Source of the DNA: Octopus vulgaris | Taxonomy: Eukaryota | DNA length: 64,000 bases | NCBI GenBank assembly: GCA_951406725.2 | Contig: OX597817.1 | Coordinates: forward strand, 17,112,001-17,176,000 | Direction of reading: 5' to 3' | Shown: piece after piece, positions 25,280 to 38,474 of the stretch | Position numbering within the stretch: position 1 is the stretch's first letter | How the letters are laid out: the number at the start of each line of letters is the position of its first letter | Translations under genes and position numbers: made by a program | Notes under the pieces: model-generated | Told to the model about the DNA's origin: nothing | What the model saw: only the letters and a program-made list of their open reading frames with translations | The model's database searches: none

Positions 25280-25370
25280 TTTTAAAGACACAGCGCATTG
25301 CTCGGTCCAGGAATTGAACCGGTGACATTAGGATTATGAGCCGGACATCCTATTCACTAGGATAGGCGCT
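25280..25370 (-). mobile_element. tRNA-derived SINE head remnant with A/B boxes
   Basis: - strand TAGTGAATAGG (A-box-like)...CTCATAA...GGTTCAATTCC (B box), then CTGGACCGAGCAATGCGCTGTGTC, homologous to the SINE at 55210. Confidence 0.7.
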
Positions 25371-25456
25371 GCAACAAACAGGAACTAAATGCCAGCTGAG
25401 TTCGAGAGTTAACTCCCTTGAACCATGTATTTGCTGGCTTCGTACAAGAGTTGGTT

Positions 25457-25560
25457 ATGGATGACAACGTCGAGACGGAATCTTTCTTGGACGATCTTTA
25501 TGATTTTGCAAATGAAGAACCTGTTATTAATACCAAACGTCAGACATGTAGCCGGTGTTG
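25457..25560 (+). CDS. DTWD2: DTW domain-containing protein 2 (tRNA-uridine aminocarboxypropyltransferase), exon 1
   Basis: ATG at 25457; MDDNVETESFLDDLYDFANEEPVINTKRQTCSRC, then donor GTTAGT at 25561 (phase 2); starts the CxxC..CxC motif of DTWD2/TapT. Confidence 0.85.
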
Positions 25561-26180
25561 GTTAGTAAACAAAGCATTTAAATCACAATACTCCATGTTT
25601 AAGCAATCGGCTCCACGTTTTGACTGTTACTAGTGTTAATAATTCACCAATTAATTTTGTAGTCAGTTTCACATTGATTAATATATTAAGCTCTGCATCT
25701 AATTTTTATTAGTTCTTTCGAACCCCTGTTTATTGTTTTTAGAAATAGCATTTTTACTAGATATTTGTAAATTCATGTTTGAAACCTCCTAACACTTCAT
25801 CACATGTCTTTCATAAGAATATTAACAAACCTTGCTCAACGGGCACTTCACAAATTATCTATTCTTGAGAATATTAACTAAATTTGCTCAGCGGTGTAGG
25901 TCAACAAATTATGTATCCTAAACGAAAGTAGTTATATTTCTGTCGACAAACTACATTATCATGTTATTTCCTTTGTCACTCTAACTCTTACAAAGTTTAT
26001 ATAAGGTTATTTCGTAACTCGCAATAATGCACATACTACTTTTATGTATCTTAAATTAATAAGAGGGAAAATTTAAGGTAAATTTAGTATAAAGCTCATT
26101 TGGCTAATTCTTATTGCTAACCAACGTGATTAAGTTGTTATTATCGTAAATTTTTTGCTTCTTTGAACTACTGCACACCT

Positions 26181-26392
26181 ATTTCTTTATTACCCACAAG
26201 GGGCTAAACATAGAGGGGACAAACAAAGACAGACATGGGTATTAAGTCGATTACATCGACCCCAGTACGTAACTGATATTTAATTTATCGACCCCGAAAG
26301 GATGAAAGGCAAAGTCAACCTCTGCGGAATTTGAACTCACAATGTAACGACAAGCGAAATACCGTTAAGCTAATGTTTCTGCCAACTCTCCG
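26181..26392 (-). mobile_element. SINE family C, DTWD2 intron 1
   Basis: Reverse complement of the 11845 copy. Confidence 0.85.
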
Positions 26393-27997
26393 ATTAATTT
26401 TATCCTTCATAGGACTTCCTTATACAGATCGTTCGTCGCTATAGTAATGAGTTAAATAGTATAAAGTTATATCTTTTATATATATATATATGGCTACATA
26501 ATATAGATGTTGTTTTGTTTGTATTCAAAAATTACTTGCGTTTCATCACTTCCATCTGATTAAGCCGTTGTACAAGTCAAGATAAACGGAAGTGAAACGA
26601 TTCTAGACGAGATTAAAATACACATGATATTCAAATGAATTAGAAGAAAATCAGTTCGAATTTCTATTGGAAAACTATTGTTAATAACTTGTATCACAAA
26701 CATTTATCATTTTGTTTTAACGCTATAAAGAAATATCAGTTGAGAAGTTAGGAATAATCACTTTAAAATATCGATTATATATATATATATATATATATAA
26801 ACCCATCAAACGTTGGACAAAATTAATTACAAAGTACAGATTAAATCATACCTCTTTATTTGATATTCTGTTGTAAAATGCCGGTTAAAAGCTGAATAGT
26901 AGAATAAAGAGCACATTTTTAATTTTACAGTGCATACTGTTGGATCAAACATTTGTTAATGATCAGATTTTTGTTGAGAATCATTGCTGACAACTGAAGC
27001 AAAAAAGATGTTAGCCTGATATAACGCCATCAACTGGTTACTTTTGAGTACCCTTTGTGAAATTCACTCACTTGTCAGCCCTCAGTTTGAGTGTCAAAAA
27101 GACTTCTTTCAGTGTTGCCATTTATTTTAAGAGGGTACAGGGAGAAATTTTGTATGGCCCAAATGTATGTACCTGGGTAGCACCTTCAATTGCAATCTAA
27201 TCATTTACCCTGTTCTCTTTCGTTTGTAATTGGTCTCCTCCCCAACAACAATGAATTTTGTGAGGCTCACCTCAAAATACTGATTTCCAGCTTGGCTAAG
27301 TACAAATGCTGATGATTTTGCTGTTAAAAGTTTAACAAAATCTATGAAAAAAAGTAGTTTGAAAATCATCCTCTAGACAATTTTCCATCTTCCACACCAA
27401 TATCTGTAAACTATAGTCCAGCCATGACCAACCACACAATCCTAGTAACATCAAAACCATACTACATCTCTTGTCCCCTATCTCTAATCTGTATTTTCTT
27501 TCCACTTAATACTATATTGTAACATCATTATCATCCTCATCTTCATTTTAACATCTATTTTTCCATGCTAACGTGGTTTGGATGGAATTCATTAAGATAG
27601 ATTTTCTACAGCCATATGCCCTTCCTGTTGCCAACTCTTGCCTCTCTAAGCAAGGTAATATTTCTCCATGGCAAGACCTGTTTCTAAAGAAGATTAGAAA
27701 TGAAACCATACTGCTTGTATGAGAGTAATTTTTGATTTCAACCATTGTGTGATGTCAAGACTAGGAAAGACACACATACCGTCTCCCCCCCCCCCCCATA
27801 TATATATATATATATATATATCATCATCATCATCATCGTTTAGCATCCACTTTCCATGCTAGCATGGGTTGGACGGTTCAACTGGGGTCTGGGAAGCCAG
27901 AAGGCTGCACCAGGCCCAGTTTGATCTGGTAATGTTTCTACGGCTGGATGCCCTTCCTAATGCCAACCACTCCATGAGTGTAGTGGGTGCTTTTTAC

Positions 27998-27998
<1 letters not shown>

Positions 27999-28040
<42 letters not shown>

Positions 28041-28230
28041 CCACCGCATATATATATATATATATATATATAACGGACACATATATATATATATGCATAT
28101 ATACATACATATGTGCTACCTACCTACACGAGGCGATATATATATATATATATATATATGCATATATTCATAAATATATATATATATATATATATACATA
28201 CCTACATATATATGTATATATACATGCATA
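27999..28230. repeat. Compound (TA)n low-complexity array, DTWD2 intron 1
   Basis: Directly visible. Confidence 0.9.
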
Positions 28231-28790
28231 TATGGGTACAGGACATCAAAAAAATGTTGAAAACAATGAGAAACAAAAACATAGGAACAAACTTTTTTTG
28301 AACAATGAAAAAAACAGAGAAACGAGACATACAACATAAAGGATATTTCCCTTCTTTAGTTGTCCCTGTTTCATCTACTCCGCATTTCGAAGGTAAGGAC
28401 AAGACGCGACTTTGTTGAAACAGTCCTTCCCACAAAGCAAATTAAATAAAATTTGGGATTTTTTGCGGAGGGTGAAAATGGTAACAAGAACAGGACAGTG
28501 AGAACAAGACAGTAAAAACAACGGTGAGGGCTGTTAAGCCAAGACAATAGAAACATTATTATGGATGCTAGCAGGACGAGATTATGAGAGGAGACAAGTA
28601 TAAGCACGTGTTGTCTTTACGAAGGTAGTGGTCAGAAAGATAGATTCTCTTTCGTCACATGTCAGCGACAAGAGAGTCGAGGAGGCAGAGTGAGAGAGAA
28701 GGAACGGTTAAGAGGAGAGGAGAAGAATAGGGAAGGGTGGCAGAGAAAACCCATAAAGGATGCAGAACAAGAGAGGGAGAGAGATAGACA
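28230..28790 (-). mobile_element. Penelope-like terminal fragment embedded in (TA)n
   Basis: Abuts a TA array; - strand CTTCGAAATGCGG...CTAAAGAAGGG resembles Penelope pLTR motifs; purine-rich tail. Confidence 0.4.
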
Positions 28791-29467
28791 TGGCTTTTTA
28801 TTAAAGTTGTTGTTTCTAAAACAATAACATTTTATTGAACAAATTTTCATCAACTGACTTTATTGCACCAATCTCTTACCAAAATGAATTTTTATCTAGC
28901 TTTGAAACAAACTTCTATAAAATATTTTTGTAAATATGTTATTTTGTTGAATAATCATCAATGGAACAATTTGAATATAGAATATTGTCTGTGCTGTAGA
29001 ATAATTTTTATTATAAAATATGTGCTATAGATTGTAGATATCTTTTTTTAAATATATTATTTTGTAAAATAGAATTTTATGTATAGAATAGTTTGTTGAT
29101 AATAATCAGTTATTTTCAACCAATTAAAAGCAGATCATTAACTGACTGAAAATACTTAAAAAAAAAAAAAAAGAGTGAGAGAAAAAAATGATTTCAAATT
29201 TTGGCTCAAGGCCAGCAATTTGTAGGGAGAGGGTAAGTTGATATCATTGACCCCAGTAATCAACTGGTACTTATTTTATTGACCCCAAAAGGATGAAAAG
29301 CAAAGTCAACCCCTGGGATTTTAACTCAGAGTGTGAAGAGCCAAAAGAAATGCCATCACTAAGCACTGATATTGTGCAATTTTTGATAGTAAAATCTATG
29401 TATCCATACATAGCATTTTAATTTATGTTGTTAATGATTCATCCAGAATTGTTTGTATATTCTTTAG

Positions 29468-29558
29468 CCGCCCTGTGACAGTCTGCTGGTGCCCGTATCT
29501 CCCACGAGAACCAATTCAACTTTCTACCACAGTTTATATTCTTCAACATCCATTTGAG
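29468..29558 (+). CDS. DTWD2: DTWD2 exon 2
   Basis: tttag acceptor; (C)RPVTVCWCPYLPREPIQLSTTVYILQHPFE carries the QHPxE motif; GT donor at 29559. Confidence 0.93.
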
Positions 29559-29629
29559 GTATACAAACTTTTGACATATATTTGATTTTTGAAAATTTTC
29601 TCACTAAAAATATATAATCTCCCAAAATT

Positions 29630-30025
29630 ATAGGCACAGGAGTGGCTGTGTGGTAAGTAGCTTGCTTACCAACCACATGGTTCTGGGTTCAGTCCCACTG
29701 CATGGCACCTTGGGCAAGTGTCTTCTACTATAGCCTTGGGCCAACCAAAGCCTTGTGAGTGGATTTTGTAGACGAAAACTGGAAGAAGCCCGTCGTATAT
29801 ATGTATGTGTATATATATCTGTGTGTCTGTGTTTGTCCCCAACATCGCTTGACAACCGATGCTGGTGTGTTTACGTCCCTGTAACTTAGCAGTTCAGCAA
29901 AAGAGACCAATAGAATAAGCACTAGGCTTACAAAGAATAAGTCCTGGGGTCGATTTGCTCGACTAAAAGTGGTGCTCCAGCATGGCCACAGTCAAATGAG
30001 TGAAACAAGTAAAAGAGTAAAAGAG
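29630..30025 (+). mobile_element. SINE family B, DTWD2 intron 2
   Basis: Full-length head AGGCACAGGAGTGGCTGTGTGGTAAG...GGGTTCAGTCCC. Confidence 0.88.
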
Positions 30026-30239
30026 TCTTCTGAAAAGCACAATAGTTAAGTTCATATTTATATAAGAGATAGCAAATGTATGGAATTACATTAATCTTGT
30101 AAAATAAAACACATTGTGTCTCATATAGTATCAGGATTAGGAAGTTACTCATACTAATGACATAAAAAATCCTGCTACTCCTTTCAAATACATTGTAATT
30201 TAATTTCAGGAATCACTAAACTTTTCTTACGCTTTGACT

Positions 30240-30650
30240 GGCTTCTGTGCCGGTGGCACATGACCTGCTGTGCTTGAGGAGACCTATTGAGTCAAGTACA
30301 TCAACATCAAAATAAATATCAAATGGAAATTATAGTTCTGATACCTGTGCCGGTGGCATGTAAAAAGCACCATCCGAACCTTGACCGATGTCAGTGCTGC
30401 TTCGACTGGCTTCTGTGCCAGTTGCATGTAAAAAGCACCAACCGATCGTGGCTGCTGCCAGCCTCCCCTGGCATGTAAAAAGCACCCACTACACTCAAGG
30501 AGTGGTTGGCGTTAGGAAGGGCATCCAGCTGTAGAAACACTGCCAGATTAGACTGGAGCCTGGTGCAGCCTCCAGGCTTCCCAGATTCTGGTCAAACCGT
30601 CCAACCCATGCTAGCACAGAAAACAGGCGTTAAACGATGATGATGATGAT
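30240..30650 (+). mobile_element. Family A copy, DTWD2 intron 2
   Basis: Subrepeats + tail. Confidence 0.85.
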
Positions 30651-31502
30651 TGGTGATATCTAAGAGATGCTGGCATAGTTGTGTGATCAAAAATTTTGCT
30701 TCCCAACCACATGGTTTCAGGTTCAGTTCTACCGTGTGGCACCTTGGGCAAGTGTCTTCTACTAAAACCACTGGGCCAACCAGAACCTTGTGAGTGGATG
30801 ATAGATGATACAGTCGACTCTTGTCATTGTTAGGCATGTCTGATGGATATGTCATTCACTTTGTTACCACATGGTCTTATTGTGTGGCATCTTTATCCTG
30901 CCTGCACTAGCATGGTTTACTGAATGAATGGATAAACAAACTGTGGCAGAGTTTTGTCATCATCATTATCATTTAATGTCTTTTTTCCATGCTAGCATGA
31001 GTTGGACAGTTTGACAGGAAGCTGACAAACTGGAGGGCTGCACCAGACTCCAGTCGTCAGTTTTGGCATGGTTTCTACAGCTGGATGCCCTTCTTAATGT
31101 CAACCACTTTACATAATGTACTGGATGCTTTTTAAATGGTTCTAGCACAGGTCCATTTTTACATAGTGCTGGCACAGATGCTCTTTATGTGATGCTGACA
31201 TAGGTACTCTTTTCATGGCGCTGGTATGAGAGCTCTTTTTGTGGCACTAAGTTAAAAAAACTTTAAAATAAAGAACTATAAAACTGTTAAAAAAGCAGTT
31301 TATTGTTCTTTAGTTTAAAGTTTTCTTAACTTGAAAAAATACTAATGGGAAATATTTTGTATTGAGCTTCATTTAAATATTTTGTCCTGACAAGACTTCT
31401 AATTACTCCTTCAAAATATAATTGTTTCCTAATCTACATAAAGATCTGATTTCTCTGGAGAGTATGTAATTATTTTAAATCATTTATTTTAAAATTTTGT
31501 AG

Positions 31503-31597
31503 GATAACCAATGTCTGCGTACAGTTCCTATGTTGTATCACAGCCTTCCACCTGGAAAATGCCATATTATTCGTGGTAAAAGGTTCTCACCTGAAAA
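31503..31597 (+). CDS. DTWD2: DTWD2 exon 3
   Basis: tgtag acceptor; DNQCLRTVPMLYHSLPPGKCHIIRGKRFSPE (LRTVP motif); GTAAGT donor. Confidence 0.93.
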
Positions 31598-32237
31598 GTA
31601 AGTAATATATTTTTTCAATATAGTGATAATTATTGTTTGGACACAAGGTCACGAGTTCAAAGCCTACTACAGCTGTTATGATTTTGTACAAGGCACACTG
31701 CTCTTCTTGGTTTGAGTTTTCACTCTTACTTCTCAGGTGGGTGGTTAATAGTAAGAAGAACATCTAGCTGTATAAATTTTTAGAAATCATTCCAGCTGTG
31801 CTAGTGCAGTAAATGTGTGTAAAAAGCAATGAAAGTCACAAGCAAAAACAGCTGAATTCTTACCTTTTGGAAATTTGTTAGAAGTCACTTAAAGAAGAAA
31901 GAGCAAAGAAATTACTAAAGTCTATGGTAGATATGAGTAGCTGTAAAGTCGAAATGAATAGCTGCAAGCTGTGAGAAGAACTGTGTAAAGTATACCGGTA
32001 ATATTGGTTTCAAATTCATGCACAAGGCCTGCAATTTCGAAGGACAGGGCAAGTCACTTAGACTGACCCCCAGTACTCAGCTGGAACTTCTTTTATCAAC
32101 ATCTGAAAGGATGCAAGGCAAAGTTGACCTTGTCGGAATTTGAACCCTGAACATAAAGAGGGATGAAGTGCCACTAAACATTTTGCCCAGCATGCTAACG
32201 ATTCTGCCAATTTGCCACCTTTATATACAGGTAATAC

Positions 32238-32642
32238 TCTCTTTTACTTGTTTCAGTCATTTGACTGCGGCCATGCTGGAGCACCGCCTTTAGTCGAGCA
32301 ACTCAACCCCGGGACTTATACTTTGTAAGCCCAGTACTTATTCTATCGGTCTCTTTTGCCAAACCGCTTAGTAACGGGGACATAAACACACCAGCATCAG
32401 TTGTCAAGCAATGCTAGGGGGACAAACACAGACACACAAACATATACACACATACTTATAATATATATATACATATATACGATGGGCTTCTTTCAGTTTC
32501 CGTCTACCAAATCCACTCACAAGGCTTTGGTCGGCCCGAGGCTATAGCAGAAGACACTTGCCCAAGGTGCCACGCAGTGGGACTGAACCTGGAACCAGGT
32601 GGTTGGTAAGCAAACTACTTACCACACAGCCACTCCTGCGCC
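32238..32642 (-). mobile_element. SINE family B, DTWD2 intron 3
   Basis: Reverse complement of the 29630 copy. Confidence 0.88.
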
Positions 32643-32732
32643 ATTTCATACAAATATCATTTCTTTGGATTTATTGCTATTCTGCATTTCTAATTCTTTA
32701 TTTTTTTTTATTACTTTGATATTATTTCTTAG

Positions 32733-32922
32733 ATACCCAGAATTGGCAGCTTTAATGAAGGATCCTAATACTATACTACTCTACCCTGGATCTGATGCCA
32801 TTGATATAATGGATCTTCCTAGTTGTCAAGGAACAGGATATAATCTGGTGCTGCTGGATGGTACCTGGTCACAGGCTCGTGGTCTTTTTCATCAGAATCT
32901 TATGATGAAGTGGCCACAAAAG
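32733..32922 (+). CDS. DTWD2: DTWD2 exon 4 (DGTW motif)
   Basis: cttag acceptor; YPELAALMKDPNTILLYPGSDA...LVLLDGTWSQARGLF...WPQK contains LLYPG and the diagnostic DxTW; GTTAGC donor. Confidence 0.95.
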
Positions 32923-32961
32923 GTTAGCAAAAATTTCTTTTTACTGTGCTCAAGTGTTTAA

Positions 32962-33155
32962 CCCTTTAGTATTTAAACTGGCCAAAAGTATTCTGCCTGT
33001 TTTATGTGCAAACTGGCCAGATCTGGTCTCTCACACCAACCCTACAATATCGTTTTAGAAATTAACAGCTTCCTCATCAAAATCTCATCACTACAAGATA
33101 ATGCATGTGGATGAAAAAGCATTAATTTTGGCAGACTAATGCGAACACTAAAGGG
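32962..33155. mobile_element. piggyBac-type MITE (same family as 3172, opposite orientation), DTWD2 intron 4
   Basis: TTAA-CCCTTTAGT ... ACTAAAGGG-TTAA. Confidence 0.85.
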
Positions 33156-33700
33156 TTAATGTTTAGTTTTCAATGGAAGCATAATTATCAGCATTCACAA
33201 GTTAAAAGGAAAGAAATGTGATTTTGAATCTAGAGAACTTTTATCAGTGCCAGCAAAAAACATTTTACTTCTTTTTATTTTAATAACATAACTAAATTAA
33301 ATCACTTAATTATTATTATACATAGTAATAATTAAGTTACTCGGATTTAATATATAGTAACACTTATTCTTTATTAATAATTAACAATTTTAAATAACTG
33401 TTTTTGTATTTTTCCAAGGAGTTGTCTAAAGATATTTTAAGGTGGACTGTCATCATATCAGCATTAATCTTATATGTACGTTTTCATCTTATTGTTGTAT
33501 TCTGAAAATAAATCTTCTCAATTAACTCATTCACTTTCATAATAATTTAATCTTTTAAGAATATAATTAGTTGTTCCCTCCATAACTCTTCAGCACTGCT
33601 GTGATTATGCTGGGGGCAACCGGATTTCTTTTTCCTTAAAGTCCAAGTTTGTTGCATTGTTCTAATGAGAAAACCCTGTTTTACTTCTCGTCACTTCTAG

Positions 33701-33829
33701 GTCCAGATTAAAAGTGGGATGATTAGCAAATATGTCATTCGAACTCAACCAACTGATGTGTGTCTATCGACTCTAGAGTCTGCTGCTGTTGCGTTATCTT
33801 ACCTTGAAAAGAAACCATATCTTGTTGAA
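33701..33829 (+). CDS. DTWD2: DTWD2 exon 5
   Basis: ttctag acceptor; [43 protein letters not shown] (YxIRxQP, LSTLE); GTAAGA donor. Confidence 0.94.
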
Positions 33830-33969
33830 GTAAGACAGCTCTTCTTGTCCTTTTCTAATTATTTCATCTTATTACGTCTTCCATGCGACAGCTTGAAGTG
33901 ACCTCTAAAAATTTTGTTTTTTTATTTGTTCTCTATCTCTTGTTAGCTGCTCTGAATATATAATATATA

Positions 33970-34270
33970 AATAATGAAATTATTGTATACAGTGCTCAGG
34001 TGCACCACAACTTGTTAGAAAGTGCATATAAAGTACATGCAGTAGTGTAGAAATGTCTGGAAAGTGAACATGCTTGTATGTGTATCAAGTGTAGTGTTGG
34101 CGAATCTCAGGAAGCATGGAAGTTTTGAAGGATGCAGTGCTCCGACAACTAACAACCGATGCCGGCAGTTTGTTCCACGCTTCAGCAACTCTCAGCGTGA
34201 AAAAAATGTTTCCTGAAGTCATGGGAGCTGTGCTGTTTTCTTACTTTGTAAATATGTCCACGGGTGTTGT
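33970..34270 (-). mobile_element. CR1 LINE 3' end, DTWD2 intron 5
   Basis: TRGHIYKVRKQHSSHDFRKHFF..RVAEAWNKLP, the typical CR1 RT C-terminus. Confidence 0.85.
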
Positions 34271-34528
34271 GAAACTCCACTAATGTTCAATAGACAATGA
34301 TCAATAACTAACCAACTTGTGGAGCAACATTAAACAAGTTTTCCAACCCTTTTACTCAGTACAATTTTGATTTTAGCATTCTATCCATTTTGTTTCTTAT
34401 TTGTTTCCTTCTGTAAAATGATATAACTATTATATCATTCTTGTCACATAAAATTTATTAGAATATCATTACAAAAAGAATTCTTCACCTGAATTAAATT
34501 AATGCTTTTGTGTTTGTTTTTTTAACAG

Positions 34529-34675
34529 ACTCTTACAAAACCTTTGGAAGCTTTATGCCAGTTCCAGTTGAATCATGGTGCTCAGAAACATCAGAGTAAA
34601 GAATATCTGATTAAAAATGGACTTTATAGAAAAAAAATAAAATCTTCTTGGTTGAAAAAACTTAATGTCAGCTGA
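34529..34675 (+). CDS. DTWD2: DTWD2 exon 6 (terminal coding exon)
   Basis: taacag acceptor; [48 protein letters not shown]; exons sum to 756 nt = 251 aa + stop. Confidence 0.92.
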   Translation, partial: TLTKPLEALCQFQLNHGAQKHQSKEYLIKNGLYRKKIKSSWLKKLNVS

Positions 34676-34983
34676 GAATTGCCTTAGTTGTTTTCAGTTC
34701 TTAAAGTTCCTGTCTTGATGATTTGGGTTTTAATATATTTATTTTCAAACTGAACATCTTTCAAATAAGAAAGAAACCAATTTTATTTTTGAGAATATAG
34801 TTTATTTTTATCAGTTTATTTAAGTACTATTATAAGTTTTATTTTTGAATTGTTGCTGAAGTTCTCTATAAATTCTTTTGTTTGTTATCTGTAAAGTCAG
34901 AATTTTATGAAAAAAAAACTTGGAACAGTTTTACATTACAGCATCAATTCCGTGTGAAGATTTCATGGTTCTAATTGTTGATA

Positions 34984-34989
34984 AATAAA
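34984..34989 (+). terminator. Probable poly(A) signal of DTWD2
   Basis: AATAAA about 310 nt after the stop, followed by T/GT-rich sequence. Confidence 0.5.
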
Positions 34990-36060
34990 TAATTTAAAAA
35001 CGATTGGGAAATGTTTGAAATTCTGTCTTTATTTTTGTGATTATGTACTGTGATTTATTAAGAAACTTCATCATTCCTTTCAATGCCATGTAATAGTTAA
35101 AGAGTTTTTACATGTCATCCAATTTCACACTCACATACATGTTCAACATCAGCAGCATTTTCCTCAGATCTACACTCATCACCATTATATGGTAGAGCAG
35201 CATCTTCAACTTCTAATAAAAAAAGCTGCTTTGTAGTCTTATCCTGTCTGAAATAGTAACCAAATGTCCTTCAAATCATACCCCCCGACACACACACACT
35301 TCCCATCTTAAAAAAGAAAAGTCACATTTGATAATGCAATCTTTGAAACACTGTATTTGGAATGTTTTTGATCATAGATTTGCTCAATCTTGTCACACTT
35401 GATAGCATATATTGACACAAATCTCTTCAACCATTATTCTGTCAACATTAGTTATACTTTCCACAATTCCTTTTACAAATTAATAACTTAATAGCTGTTA
35501 ATTTATCTCCCTTCATCATCATCATCGTTTAACGTCCGCTTTCCATGCTAGCATGGGTTGGACAGTTCAACTGGGGTCCGGGAAGCCAGAAGGCTGCACC
35601 AGGCCCAGTCTGATCTGGCAGTGTTTCTACAGCTGGATGCCCTTCCCTAACGCCAACCACTCCGTGAGTGTAGTGGGTGCTTTTTACGTGCCAGACGAGG
35701 CTGGCAACGGCCACGATAGGATGGTGCTTTTTTACATGCCACCGGCACTGAGGCCAGTCAGGGCGGCGCTGGCTACGGCCACGTTCTGATGGTTCTCTTA
35801 CGTGCCACTGGCACTGGTATCACAGCTACAAATTCCATTCTCCAAAATAGATGCTGCAATTCTAGCTCTTCCTTTACTTACACAGCTTCTATATCTACCA
35901 GTCATACACATCCTCTATGAACATGAGAACTTGACATTTAAACTGATAACAAAATTAAAAAATAATCTTATACATCCCATAAAACATCCATAGCAATACA
36001 TCCTTATTATGATCACAACTAAAACTGTCCTCATAATCTCAACAGACTTCTGGACTTACA

Positions 36061-36290
36061 ATTTCTTATTTCTTTTTTTGCCCACAAGGAGCTAAACATA
36101 GAGGGGACAGACAAAGGGATTAAGTTGATTATATCGACCCCAGTGCATTACTGGTACTTAATTAATCAACCCCGAAAGGACGAAAGGCAAAATTGACCTC
36201 GGCGGAATTTGAACTCAGAACGCAACGGTAGACGAAATGCCGCTAAGCATTTCGCCCGGCATGCTAACATTTCTGCCAGCTCGCCGCCTT
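36061..36290 (-). mobile_element. SINE family C
   Basis: Reverse complement of the 11845 copy. Confidence 0.85.
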
Positions 36291-37329
36291 GCTGGATTTA
36301 AAATTTCTAATATCTTAGCAATACAGACAAGGATAAAAAGTAAAGCTGACTTTTTTCACCCTTCTTTTTCCCTATTTCTCATTTAGACATTATGGAAACA
36401 TTAAATTTTGTTGCTCATTATGATTTGCAGGTCTATCTGTGAATTCTGGCAAGTCCTACATTCTGTGTTGATTGATAAAAGAGAAATGAATGTGGGATTT
36501 CAACTCTGAAGGTCGAAAAAACTGCAGTTTTTCTGATGCTTTAATGATTCTACCAATTCTAATACAAATAAGTTATCATCCTTCACTTCACTGACTGGAT
36601 CTCTCTTGAACACAGTTCTTGCTTGTTCTTCTCTTCAATTTAAGAAGGTGATGAGCATGAACCTTCCTCATTACACTAACAGTTTAAAAAATAATTGTCT
36701 AATTAATACACATGAGTTTGAAGTGAGCAGCAAAATGTGTGGTAGTCTGAGGTGGGATGAGAATAGATGATCTGAGTGTAGAATTAATGATTCTTTTTTT
36801 ATTTAATTTAGCTAAGTGATATTTGAAACCTTACTTATCTTTATTAATAGTTAAGTTAGCGTTAGCATATTCAATGTAGTAAGCATCAAAAATTCAAATT
36901 ATGTGGTGAGGAAAAGATGACTTATAATGCCTTAGCAGGTATGGGAGACAATTCTGGATATGTTGCAATATTATTAGCCCCCACCAAAGCAGACTTATTA
37001 AACATTTCTCAAATAGAAAAAATATCATGTCCATGACCCTGTATTAATAAAATTTGGGAGCCTCTACTCTTTATTAATGAGTAAATGAAATAGTTTGTAT
37101 CCATAAAATTCTTTGATTGGTGTAGAGTTGGATAGACTTAAAAAGTTTAAAATCATTTTTATTTTATAGAACAGTAATTTGTCCCAGGACTTCCCAATAT
37201 TTGATCAAGTCGAAGAAGAAAGAATCAGTCTACAGTTCTTCAATATCACATAGTAGTAAGCTTGAAAATCAGCATGTTAAAAGAAAAAAAAAATCAGAAT
37301 ATGCCTTTTCTCTAACTCTTTCTCACAAT

Positions 37330-37501
37330 TCGTGGATGTGTGGTAAGTAGCTTGCTAACCAACCACATGGTTCTGGGTTCAGTCCCACTGCGTGGCATCT
37401 TGGGCAAGTGTCTTCTGCTATAGCCCCGGGCCGACCAATGCCTTGTGGGTGGATTTGGTAGACGGAAACTGAAAGAGGCCTGTCGTATATATGTATATAT
37501 G

Positions 37502-37532
<31 letters not shown>

Positions 37533-37747
37533 ATGTGTTTGTGTGTCTGTGTTTGTTCCCCCAACATCCCTTGACAACCGATGCTGGTGTGTTAATGTCC
37601 CCGTCACCTAGCGGTTCGGCAAAAGAGACCGATAGAATAAGTACTGGGCTTACAAAGAATAAGTCCCAGGGTCGATTTGCTCGACTAAAGGCGGTGCTCC
37701 AGCATGGCTGCAGTCAAATGACTGAAACAAGTAAAAGAGTAAAGAGT
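37330..37747 (+). mobile_element. SINE family B
   Basis: Same sequence family as the 29630 copy. Confidence 0.85.
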
Positions 37748-38082
37748 ATATACATAACAAAAACAAAAAAAAAGTACCAAAAACACTACCCACATTTGCA
37801 AATCTTCACACCTGATGCTTTGATCTTTACCATGGTATTTAACAACCTTCCTAACTTCCTTTTTTTTACTTTTTCCTACAGTATTTTGGGAAAGTGTCTT
37901 TCAGCTTAGTCTTATAAACTGAATGGAAGCCTATAGGAAGAACCATTCCTGCTCTTGAATGGTAGATTGAACTATTGTAACCATTCAGAACAGATCTCCA
38001 GCCCAAGGATAACTTTCTTCCTTCCTACATCAAGCCTGAAAAGGTTATGGGTAATGCCTTTCCATCTCAGTAAAAGAATAAA

Positions 38083-38474
38083 TCTCTATACATAAAGTTG
38101 AAGTTGTGTGTAACAGGTTTGGTAGCCTTCAACTAACACTATCTCCTCCAAGACCCTGCAGCGCAAGTTGACCAAAATTGAAAGTATGATAGAAGAAGGC
38201 TTGCTCTTCATTCCATGAGAAGATAACATTCGAATCGGACCATGTTAAGACCAAACATTATTTACATCAAAAAGGTGCTTTTTTTCTATGAAAATCCCTA
38301 TTTTTTTTTTTACGATTTTTTGACTGCTGTGTTGCCATTTTTCGGTGTATTTCAACCAGGAAAATGTTCACTTAAAGAGAATAACAAGCTACATAATGCA
38401 AAATTTTTACTTTTCAAAAATTCCAATTCTAAAGGGTCGAAACAAACCCGAGCAACGCCAGACGATACTGCTAG
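38083..38474 (+). mobile_element. Non-autonomous Helitron
   Basis: A|TCTCTATACATAAAG start; subterminal ACCCGAGCAACGCCAG; CTAG|T end. Confidence 0.75.

Noticed and set aside
25295-25370. tRNA-Met gene (CAT anticodon-like loop)
   Set aside because: No proper acceptor stem; the sequence continues into SINE body homologous to 55210, so it is a SINE head
27869-28339. 156-aa ORF and other YIYIYI / [12 protein letters not shown] ORFs
   Set aside because: Translations of TA microsatellites and SINE copies; no coding signature
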